Origin: Macrostomum lignano
Taxonomy: Eukaryota
DNA: 64,000 bases
Assembly (NCBI GenBank): GCA_002269645.1
Contig: NIVC01001532.1
Span: 62,001 to 126,000 of the forward strand
Direction of reading: 5' to 3'
Position 1 is the first letter of the stretch, and each line of letters begins with the position of its first letter. The notes beneath the pieces were generated by a model. It saw only the letters and a program-made list of their open reading frames with translations, did not search any database and was not told the origin of the DNA. The translations under genes were made by a program, and so were the position numbers. Below are positions 54,168 to 64,000 of the stretch, piece by piece.

Positions 54168-55520
54168 TCGACTAAAAAATAAAAGGAATTCAATGACGTG
54201 TTCGAGCGTATTTATAGCACTTAAGCTCGTATCCGTTTGGTTGCTGCCATCAGCGTAAAAATTGATATCTGAAGTCATGCCTTCGCTATAAAACTGTCTC
54301 TACAATGTTCTCAATGCCGAATCAAAGGTGTAGCTGCCAAATGGGGGTATTTTTACGCTACACTAACAGATAATGACGTCATACGTCGGCTGAACGTTGA
54401 TATTTTGTAAATCTACCTATTCGCCAGCGACGTCGATAAACGTTGGAAACGTCTGCTTGAGTAAGTTGGAAACGTTGGAAACGTCTGCTTGAGTAAGTTG
54501 GAAACGTTGGAAACGTCTGCTTGAGTAAGTTGGAAACGTTGGAAACGTCTGCTTGAGTAAGTTGGAAACGTTGGAAACGTCTGCTTAATCCGTACACGAA
54601 TAAATAATCTGCATTTAAGCCTGTTCCTGATTGTTGGCATATCGAAGATACGCCAGTCTAATCAGTATTAAAAGTGCAGAGTCAGCATACTCGCTATAGT
54701 GGTGTTTCACTGAGAGACTTTCCTGCCGTTTTTCCTAAGCAGGCAAGAAACCTCCTCATCTCCCGCAAGTCCTATACCTCTACCGTTCACTCTTCTGTCC
54801 TGAAGGACTAAGGCCAAGTCTTAAAGCAACAACAATGTACAAACGGCAGGAGAAAGATGGCTGAGATGAGGATAGAGCAGAAAAGTTAGAGTGGGTAGAG
54901 AGAATTCTTGCCTGTACACTTCAGAACGCCTCCCATTATCTCGTTTGCGTGCAGCAGCCTTCCTTTCCTATAGCCTGTGATCCAGCAACACTATTGTATG
55001 AAATTTCTGCATGGCAGAACAATTGACACTGCGTCTGACTCGTAGCAGCCATTCCAAAATGAATTAATAAACACGTACAAAGATAGAAAACATTGCTTTC
55101 AGAGAATTTCCAGCTGGAGAATGATGTACATAATGATTCTATTAAACAGTACCATAAAATTTCGGTTTCGTATATCATTAGCACTAAAGCTAACACAGAG
55201 AAGTTCTTGAAATGTACCTATTGACCATTAGCTTATAATTGCAATGTAAACATTCAATAGTTTACTACTCGTGAAGTGTCCAGAAGATTTTAGGTTTACC
55301 GATCTGCTTCAATTATATATATATATAGTCGGTATTATTCAGATTGACGCAGATTATACCACAGCAGCGAAACTGTAGTGTGACCTACACAATATACTAC
55401 AGATCAGTATAATAGTAATAACCAGACACTTTTGTCTGAAACTGCATGCTCACAGCATTCAGCCAAAAATGTTTTCAGTTTTCTATTTTAGATATTCTTC
55501 GGTTTTCATGCAGCTACAGT
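54168..55520 (+). repeat. Copy 1 of a diverged ~1.4-kb direct repeat (contains a 32-bp minisatellite at 54440-54585)
   Basis: Collinear shared blocks with 57941-59450, e.g. TTGCTGCCATCAGCGTAAAAATTGATATCTGAAGT and CAATGTACAAACGGCAGGAGAAAGATG. Confidence 0.9.
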
Positions 55521-55606
55521 AGACATGCTTTAATAGAAGAGATGCGACTTTTAATTGCCAACCCTGGTTATAGAAATTTTACTCTTAAAGAAAAAATGGT
55601 CAGCCC

Positions 55607-56006
55607 TGCTGACTGACTGACTGACTGACTGACTTGAGTGAGTGGGTGACTGACTGACTGACTGACTGACTTGAGTGAGTGGGTGACTGACTGACTGACT
55701 GACTGACTGACTGACTTGAGTGAGTGGGTGACTGACTGACTGACTGACTGACTGACTGACTGACTGACTGACTGACTGACGGTCTGACTTGAGTGAGTGG
55801 GTGACTGACTGACTGACTGACTGACTTGAGTGAGTGGGTGACTGACTGACTGACTGACTGACTGACTGACTTGAGTGAGTGGGTGACTGACTGACTGACT
55901 GACTGACTGACTGACTGACTGACTGACTGACTGACGGTCTGACTTGAGTGAGTGGGTGACTGACTGACTGACTGACGACTGACTGACTGACTGACTGACT
56001 GACTTT
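55607..56006. repeat. (TGAC)n microsatellite with recurring TTGAGTGAGTGGG inserts
   Basis: Direct run. Confidence 0.97.
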
Positions 56007-56504
56007 ATCAATTAGATGGTATACAGACTCTGTCCACGGAGCGAGCTGCAGCAGCCACAGAGCGGCCATTGGCCATAGAGTGTTTCTCGTTTTGACTGTC
56101 CAAATTATCATTTAGATTGTCAAAAACAGTACTTTCTAGTGGCTCATTCGTTTGTCTTATTTATTTATTTATTTATTTGGCCGGGACAAATAAATATCTT
56201 TTGCATTGGACCATTAACTTATTCGGGTATAAATCGATCGTTTGCACGAACTTTTAGGATGCCTCTCTGGAGTGAGAGAGAGGGAGAGAAAGAGAGAATG
56301 TACGTAGCACGATCTAGTTGCAGTGGATGGGAGGCTGAGCTACAGAAATGGAATTAAGTCCGCGGACCAATAGAAATGGTTGGAATAAACAGCCAGCTAC
56401 GTATATGAACACGACCATTCATAACCATTAGAAGCCAGCTCTTAGATCTGTGAACAATACCACGAGCCTCAATACTTTGACCTGCACTGCAGCATCAACA
56501 CGCC

Positions 56505-57740
56505 ATGGCAAGCAGTAGTCTAATTCTAAGGATACTGAGTGTGAGACGGATTGCCATGTTTGGCACTCTGCTGCTGATGCTCATGTTCATCAACTTTTAC
56601 TCGCGACCGCTCAAGCACTGCAACTGCGCCAACCATCTCGAAGGAAGTCACTCAGTCTCGAGTGACTCCCAATTTGATAACTCAGCCGTCAAATCACAGA
56701 TCGATAATTTGGAAACCCGCAAAAGTCCCGACGTTAAATCGGCGAAGAAGTTTGTCAACGATTTCAAAGCCGGCTACGAGGCATTCTATCGTTATCAGAA
56801 TAAGTCTCTCTATCAGGTTCAGAAAGATACACGGTTGCCGTTGCTACGACTCTCGGAGGCTGAGAACGACGTTAAGTACCGCACTAAGATGGGCAAGCAG
56901 TGGATGCAAGAGAAAACTGCCGTCTTTGTTGGCACCGCTAGAAATGCAAAAGACCATCTGCCGAGGAACATAAAAGACATTCATCGCTTGGGTAAACTGT
57001 TCAAGGACTACTGGATCGTGTTCGTTGAGAACGACTCAAAAGACGGTACCAGAGAGTTCCTTATTGGCGTGGTCAAGCAGTATAACAAGACCATCATTCT
57101 GGGTTGCGAGCCCATCAACTCACCCGCTGAATGTCACATCGACATCAAGTACCGCTCCGGTAAGATTCACAAACCGGGATGGGCTCAGAAGCGCAACGAG
57201 GAAGAATTTGTTGACCGAGGTGTAACAATGAGCATACTGCGCAACATGATTCTGGATTACATCTACGCCAATCTAGCTGACAAGGCCGACCTCATGATCG
57301 CCATTGAGCCCGACATCTCTTGGCACCCGTGGAATCTTGACAACATTGCCCAGGGGATCTACTACTTCAGCACGAGGCCTCAGCTCGATCTTCTCTGCGC
57401 CAACGGTCGTCTTTGGGGTAAGATCTACGATCCATGCTCGAGGACGTACTATTCAATGAAGAAGTTCACCAATGTGGATGACAACGATAAAACGTTCGTT
57501 ACTGACGCAATGGCCGTAGAGAAAAACAAGATACCGATCAAGGTGGATTCCTGCTTTCAGGCGTTCGCTATTCATCGCATCAGCAGTCTGGTGAAGCACA
57601 ATGCTCACTACTACCTAGCGCCTGGCGAGAGGAACTGTGAGCACAACACGTTGGCTAGACAGCTGCCAGAGAGGTACATTGACCCGGTCATGTGGCTTGA
57701 CATCTACTCTCTAGTAGTCCACAGCAGAGACCGTTGGTGA
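56505..57740 (+). CDS. Intronless type II membrane GT-A-fold glycosyltransferase (GT2-like / Cap59-like), 411 aa
   Basis: Signal anchor IAMFGTLLLMLMFINFY and a stem region, followed by VFVGTARN..HLP.NI..I.RLGKLFKDYWIVFVENDSKDGT, SILRNMILDYI, LCANG, IYD, VDSCF.AFAIH, CEH. Acceptor CTGCAG 12 nt before the ATG. Confidence 0.8.
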   Translation: MASSSLILRILSVRRIAMFGTLLLMLMFINFYSRPLKHCNCANHLEGSHSVSSDSQFDNSAVKSQIDNLETRKSPDVKSAKKFVNDFKAGYEAFYRYQNKSLYQVQKDTRLPLLRLSEAENDVKYRTKMGKQWMQEKTAVFVGTARNAKDHLPRNIKDIHRLGKLFKDYWIVFVENDSKDGTREFLIGVVKQYNKTIILGCEPINSPAECHIDIKYRSGKIHKPGWAQKRNEEEFVDRGVTMSILRNMILDYIYANLADKADLMIAIEPDISWHPWNLDNIAQGIYYFSTRPQLDLLCANGRLWGKIYDPCSRTYYSMKKFTNVDDNDKTFVTDAMAVEKNKIPIKVDSCFQAFAIHRISSLVKHNAHYYLAPGERNCEHNTLARQLPERYIDPVMWLDIYSLVVHSRDRW

Positions 57741-57940
57741 TGCTTGTGCCAATACGCTGCGCGTTAATTCTTGATATTTTGATGATCCCTGAACTCAGAT
57801 ATATACTTCTATTGGTATTCCACTTTTCTCACTTTCTTTGCCTCATAAAAGCAGTACGCTGAAACTCATACTTAATTTGTCATTGTATTAGATGTTGTAT
57901 TTTGTGCCTTGAAGTTTTCCTGACCGATTTATCAAAGATA

Positions 57941-59450
57941 TCGACTGAAAATAAAAGGCACTCAATGGAATGTACGAGCAAATTTATTGCGTTTGTTGCT
58001 GCCATCAGCGTAAAAATTGATATCTGAAGTACACGTATTCCCGAGCAACATTTCAACGTGTCGACGAATTGATGGATACCGTTGTCAAATGGGAGTATTT
58101 TTACGTTATGTCGGGAGATAATGACGTCGTACGTCGGCTGAACGTCGATATTTTGTAAATCTACCCATTCGTACAGCGACGTCGATAAATGTCGAATAAA
58201 TAAGTAGCATTTAAGCCTGTTCCTGATTGTTATCATGTCGAAGATACACCGGTCTACTCAGGGTTAAAAGTGCGGGGCTATTATAGTGGCGTTTCTCCGA
58301 GAGACTTTCCTGGTTTTTTTCCTAGGCAGGCAAGACACCTCATCTCCCGCCAGTACTATACGAGCTACATCTACTGTTCACTCTTCTGTACAGAGAGGAT
58401 CCGGCTCTGAGTGTCCCCCCCCCAGTCTGAGATCCGTCCACACGCGCGGCATTGAGAAATAACCCACCGGCTTTCCACACTTGTTTCTGGCGCCTAGGCA
58501 ACGGTCCTGAAGGACTAAGGCTGAGTCTTAAAGGGACAATGTACAAACGGCAGGAGAAAGATGCTGAGATGAGGATAGAGCAAAAAAATTAGTGGTTGGT
58601 AAGAGAAAATTTTAGCCTGTGTACACTTCAAAACGCCCGGGCAGCCTGAAAGACTCCCAGCATTATCCCGGGTGCAGCATGCAGCCCTTCCGTTCCTATA
58701 GCCTGTGTTTTAGCTACCTTCTGTTGCATGCCAAATTTCTGCAAAGTAAAACAATGACACCGCGTCTGACTCGTAGCAGCCATTCTGTTACGGTTGAAGA
58801 ACACGAAGGCACTTGGGTTTATGAATTGAAGGAGGGCGTTATTTGAGCAGCTCCAAATTGGCATGTGCACGAAGCTCGCTCTTATATTTCTTTACCCTTA
58901 AGGGCATTGAAGTTTCTAGCAAACAAGGTGTACGGTAACATTTTGCCCCGATGGCACATAGACTACTTTTAGAAGAAAATAAATCTATGAATAATTCAGC
59001 ATAGCATGCAGCATATGCAACACATTCCGAAACATGAGTTAATAAACAGGTAAAAGGCAGAAAATTTGCTAGCTGGAGAATAGCGCACATTTATTATTCT
59101 AGCTGTACCATAATATTTTGGTTTCGTATGTCGTTACCACTAAAGCAGGCACAGAGTTATTCAAATGTACGTATTGACCATGCACAAGGTTATAATTATA
59201 CCGGTAATGTAAACATTTAATAATTTAATATAAAAGTGTCTAGAAGATTTTGGGTTTACCGATCTGCTTTAACTATGTGTGCATATCTGTAGCCTATATT
59301 ATTCAGATTGATGCAGCTCAATACCACAGCAGTGTGTCTGTAGAGTGTGACTTACAATATACTATAGTTTAATATTTAGCAGAAATCAGCTAAAATGCTT
59401 CGGTTTTGTATACTCGCCGTTTTCATATAATATATACAGTAGCTACAGTG
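57941..59450 (+). repeat. Copy 2 of the diverged ~1.4-kb direct repeat
   Basis: Collinear with 54168-55520; also followed by (TGAC)n. Confidence 0.9.
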
Positions 59451-59530
59451 GGTTTGATTCAGGGACAACTAAAACCCTGAAGACCTGTCAACCTTTTAGT
59501 TGTCCCTGGCTTGATTTTAGAGAAGAGTTG

Positions 59531-59599
59531 TGACTGACTGACTGACTGACTGACTGACTGACTGACTGACTGACTGACTGACTGACTGACTGACTGACT

Positions 59600-59642
<43 letters not shown>

Positions 59643-59885
59643 TGACTGACTGACTGACTGACTGACTGACTGACTGACTGACTGACTGACTGACTTGATG
59701 ATTGAGGCGTTTCTGACTGACTGACTGACTAACTGACTAACTGACTGACTGACTGACTGACTGACTGACTGACTGACTGACTGACTGACTGACTGACTGA
59801 CTAACTGACTAACTGACTGACTGACTGACTGACTGACTAACTGACTAACTGACTGACTGACTGACTGACTGACTGACTGACTGAC
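59531..59885. repeat. (TGAC)n microsatellite
   Basis: Direct run with one 18-nt foreign insert at 59696-59713. Confidence 0.97.
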
Positions 59886-60429
59886 TTTTCTGTTCACAGA
59901 TTTTATCTGCGCTTAAATGTCACTGACTACGGCTGATTCCGAAATTAACTACTCAAGACTGACAGGACTCTTGTAGCAATTGAAAGCGCAGAAGTTTAGA
60001 TACGCATGTGTCAACCGCAATGAAAAACTATTTCACTTTTCTATTCCTATTGCCAGGCCTTTTATATTTATGGACTTTTCAGTGAGGCAAGTTGCTTTCG
60101 TTGAATTATCTATTGAATGAAAACAGTTTAAATCTCGTGGATCGTTTAGGTTCAGCGAAGCGAAAAACTTCCAAAAAGACCATTTGTGATGCTTCTGTCT
60201 GGCGTGCTGAAGCGACAAGCAGTCAAACGCATGCTCATGAGACAGATCGCGTGCTAGCACTAAGCAATAAAGTATGAAGCTGTCAAGAGCGTCACGCCTC
60301 GTTCAACGCAGACATTCAATCTGAAATGTTGAAACCTGCTACAGAACTTGTCATTGTCCTGTAGCCACTTCAGATCCAAAGTCAATGTATCCGCAATTTC
60401 AACTTGTACCTTGAAACTAAAGCTTTCGC

Positions 60430-61158
60430 TTGGTGCTCAAGCTCTAAAAGCCTAATCAACCTATAGAGCTTGAGACTGTCCCGACTATCTTGGTGCTCAA
60501 GCTCTAAAAGCCTAATCAACCTATAGAGCTTGAGACTGTCCCGACTATCTTGGTGCTCTGGGTGATTGAGGCGTTTCTTCCCGACTGTCTTGGTGCTGTG
60601 GGTGATTGAGGCGTTTCTTCCCGACTATCTTGGTGCTCTGGGTGAGTGAGGCGTTTCCTCCCGACTGTCTTGGTGCTCTGGGTGAGTGAGGCGTTTCTTC
60701 CCGACTGTCTTGGTGCTCTGGGTGATTGAGGCGTTTCTTCCCGACTGTCTTGGTGCTCTGGGTGATTGAGGCGTTTCTTCCCGACTGTCTTGGTGCTCTG
60801 GGTGAGTGAGGCGTTTCTTCCCGACTGTCTTGGTGCTCTGGGTGAGTGAGGCGTTTCTTCCCGACTGTCTTGGTGCTCTGGGTGAGTGAGGCGTTTCTTC
60901 CCGACTGTCTTGGTGCTCTGGGTGAGTGAGGCGTTTCTTCCCGACTGTCTTGGTGCTCTGGGTGATTGAGGCGTTTCTTCCCGACTGTCTTGGTGCTCTG
61001 GGTGAGTGAGGCGTTTCTTCCCGACTGTCTTGGTGCTCTGGGTGATTGAGGCGTTTCTTCCCGACTGTCTTGGTGCTCTGGGTGATTGAGGCGTTTCTTC
61101 CCGACTGTCTTGGTGCTCTGGGTGAGTGAGGCGTTTCTTCCCGACTGTCTTGGTGCTC
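60430..61158. repeat. 40-bp minisatellite (CCGACTGTCTTGGTGCTCTGGGTGAGTGAGGCGTTTCTTC, ~15 copies) preceded by a 60-bp tandem duplication
   Basis: Direct periodicity; the 60-mer ends in the same CCGACTATCTTGGTGCTC motif. Confidence 0.95.
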
Positions 61159-63044
61159 CAGATCACTATGACTGGAGTACAGTTTCGTTTGGGAGTTTAG
61201 CGACTTGAATGGCAACTTGAGAATGTTCGGTTTCTCTGTAGACTCGTCGGGCGACAAGCACAGGCTCGATATGGATCTGTGGGACCGTTGAACGTGAGCA
61301 GGTCGAATTTCGGACAATTCTTTATTGATGAACATCCGGGTGAAAACTACAACTTTTTCTACAACTATTTTTCTGACTCCGGTCCGTGCTCGATCGAGTG
61401 GGAATATTCCATGAAGACCTTCGAGTGCAATGATTGGGCAGTGAGAGGCCGCAGCAAATTAAGCTGGAGGCTGGTGTCCTGAGAAAATTTGAAATTGAAA
61501 GCTACTTTAATTAGAAACTTATAGCAAAATTATAGTTCAGCATTTTATTAAAAACCAGATAACTGGGAAATCAGTGAAATATACTAAAACACCATTCCAG
61601 TGAAATTTTACTCTTGTTTTAAAGTTCTTCTCTTTGTAGTTTTATTTGTATGCACTTCCAAACCACGTCTTGAAAACTAGTCTTTACCTTTAATTGATGA
61701 TCTAGCTTAATTAGTAAGATGAAAATAATTATTATTGTTATCTAAACCCATATGTAAGAATTATAATTCTCTCATCTATATGTACATGTAGGTGAGACCG
61801 CCAGGCAGCGGGTGATCGAGTCCGAGACGTACTATACTAGCTATTCCCAAATAATGGATAGTCACTGTGCTTTTGTCAACACAAAAAACGCGTCTACTGA
61901 CATTTACCAGCCCAGAGGACGAGATTGTGAGATTGGGAATCAGCAACCCCATCCAGATGAATCTGAAGATGAACGAACAACATTTCTGATGAATTATCCG
62001 TGCTGGACGTCATCGTTATGGTGCCAAAGTGCTAATGCAGTTAGATACAGAATGGTGCTGTCAAGCAAAATGTGGAAAAACGTTTTATAAGATCAGATTT
62101 GCGATCAGCATTTTACATTATGATGAGGACGCACTTTTTTCCAAATTCCACGTCTCGCACATGGGTGCTAAGCTTGTTAGCCTACTAACAGTAGGCTATG
62201 GGCATATTTCTTCTTTTTATGTAATTTTCCTTGAATTCATACTAATAGGATCTTTGTAGCTATATCATTTTGCCATACCTGTAGTCATTATAACATAGGC
62301 ACGGTTTTCGCTACTTTTGGGGTCATAAATCATTGCTTGTGAGCTGGTCTGACAGCAACCTGGGCCTCACTCAGTGTTGAGGCTGGCGCCAGATGGTCTG
62401 AGAGGATGCGGGCGGTAGCTTTTTTCTCATCATTTTTTACAGGCCATCAAGATTTATGAGGTCAGGGCCCATTGCTCGTGTTCACTCAAGCGTTTAACAG
62501 ATTTGACAGCTATGCGTATGCGCTTTACCCCTAAAAGTACTTTGGGATAAGCGATTATCGATTTCTCTTCACCATCTTCACTTTCTATTTAATGAGATCT
62601 TTCTAATGCATATTTTTCATTAATATTTGTAATTCCTACGCGTAAGGTCATAAATCATAATGTAGCGATTTTGAGTGATTTATGACAGCACCTGGCGTAT
62701 TTTTATGGCCCCGAGGGAACTGATAGGATCTTCTGGTCACGTGAGTTTGGGTAGCAACAAGCTCAGCCAATCAGAAAATTCGACGTCAGTTATAACAAAT
62801 CGGCTCAGCCAATCATGCGTCGAGGTGTTTCATTATAACAAATTGCAGTCCAGTTGGCGGCTATACAAACCGATGTTTTTAGCCCGCTCGGACTCAACCT
62901 CCTCGGACCCAGCACACAACTTCTGGCTCCCGGGACTCGACCGGCCGCTGGCTCAGATGAGTAGCTAAGCTAGTAGGCGCCAGTCACAGTGGACCAATGG
63001 CAAGGCAGTTCTCAGTCGATCAATCTATCAAATCAGTTACCCAC

Positions 63045-63340
63045 TGGGAAAGGGTACATCGAAACGACGTCGAAACGACATCAAGATATCGAAATCATGT
63101 CGTTTTTAAAAAAATGAAAATGGGATCGAAAAAACGATTAATTATTGCATAATTGTCCCTATTTTAGCTTTTTTTCGTATTTATTTGGCTTAAATTGGGT
63201 ATTTTTTCCATGTCGTAAGTAAGTCGTTTTGTACGACATCGAAGTATTATGTCGTATCAATGTCGTAACGACATCATTTTTGCAATTGAACCCATATCCA
63301 AAGCATGACGTACTGACATTGTCGAAACGACATTGGTTAC
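63045..63340. repeat. Degenerate palindrome-rich element (CGAAACGACGTCG / ACGACAT / ATGTCGT motifs)
   Basis: Repeated and inverted ACGACAT/ATGTCGT motifs next to CCCACTGGG; probably a MITE remnant. Confidence 0.4.
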
Positions 63341-64000
63341 ACACGGCATCACAGTTCTCCGTTCCAGTGACAGTTCAAAATGAAATTGCTATTTCACGTC
63401 ATGCTTTAGTCAATAAACAATTCTTAGTGAGCAGGCTGAGGAGTTTTACTTATTTAGATCTGTATTAATTGTATTAGTTGTGCAAATCCACACTGGCTAG
63501 GCCTAGCTACTGCTACTGCACACATTACAAGTTAATTCAGTTTACAGTAGATATGATCATGCTTCATGTACATGGTTCTATTAGTAATTTTTTTTCAAAC
63601 ATGTGCATGTTATCTAAAATCATTACACTGACTAGACTAGCTAGGCCTATAATCTAATTTCAAATCTTGATCATCAATCTTGATCAAAAATTTAAATGAA
63701 TCTTTTTTATTTTTAATTGAAATTTTAATGATTGACCTTAGGCCTATCAGTTTTGTCCATGCTACAATATAAATATAACTAGGCCTAATAATACTTGTGC
63801 TAATGTTATTAAATTTAAATATCTAATTCTAATAGATTAGCAAATTTATTTGAAAGCTATATTCAATTGGTTTTAAGTGTACTATTGACCTTAGAATATG
63901 CTTGGTATATAATATCTAGCATACTACAATGATAGTATAGTGCTACTATGCCATGGTGAATTTGTGCACTATTGTGTTGGTATATAGTGTAGCTTTGTTT

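Noticed and set aside
57880-58236. 118-aa minus-strand ORF in repeat copy 2
   Set aside because: The frame is not kept in copy 1 (stops and indels), so the duplicated unit appears non-coding
60033-60400. Reverse-transcriptase-like string DLSHEHAFDCL on the minus strand
   Set aside because: Only a loose match to LDLSKAFD; no other RT motifs could be followed

Overview
Eukaryotic (metazoan) genomic DNA. GC-rich, intron-poor exons sit among AT-rich spacers and dense mini/microsatellite arrays, which is reminiscent of Macrostomum-type flatworms; that taxon call is inference. Supported genes are: cystinosin (+, 5'-truncated by the window); a run of six same-strand (-) genes (Bcl-2-family, MPV17, two unknown small single-TM proteins, mRpL51, and a 4-exon MYORG-like GH31 glycosidase); a 7-exon kinesin-2 KIF3B (+); an intronless LRR-transmembrane protein (-); and an intronless GT-A glycosyltransferase of non-animal appearance (+). 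Mobile elements include tRNA-derived SINEs, hAT- and Mutator-type MITEs with TSDs, and Gypsy integrase remnants. Four observations stand out. (1) A candidate mitochondria-themed polycistronic unit with splice donors directly at stop codons. (2) A 64-bp copy of the 28S rDNA R2/I-PpoI target region in which the central 14 bp are replaced. (3) An HGT-candidate glycosyltransferase flanked by diverged ~1.4-kb direct repeats. (4) Two stop-free 3n introns built of (TCTG)n. All splice junctions were inferred by eye from GT-AG sites and frame continuity; no database searches were run.
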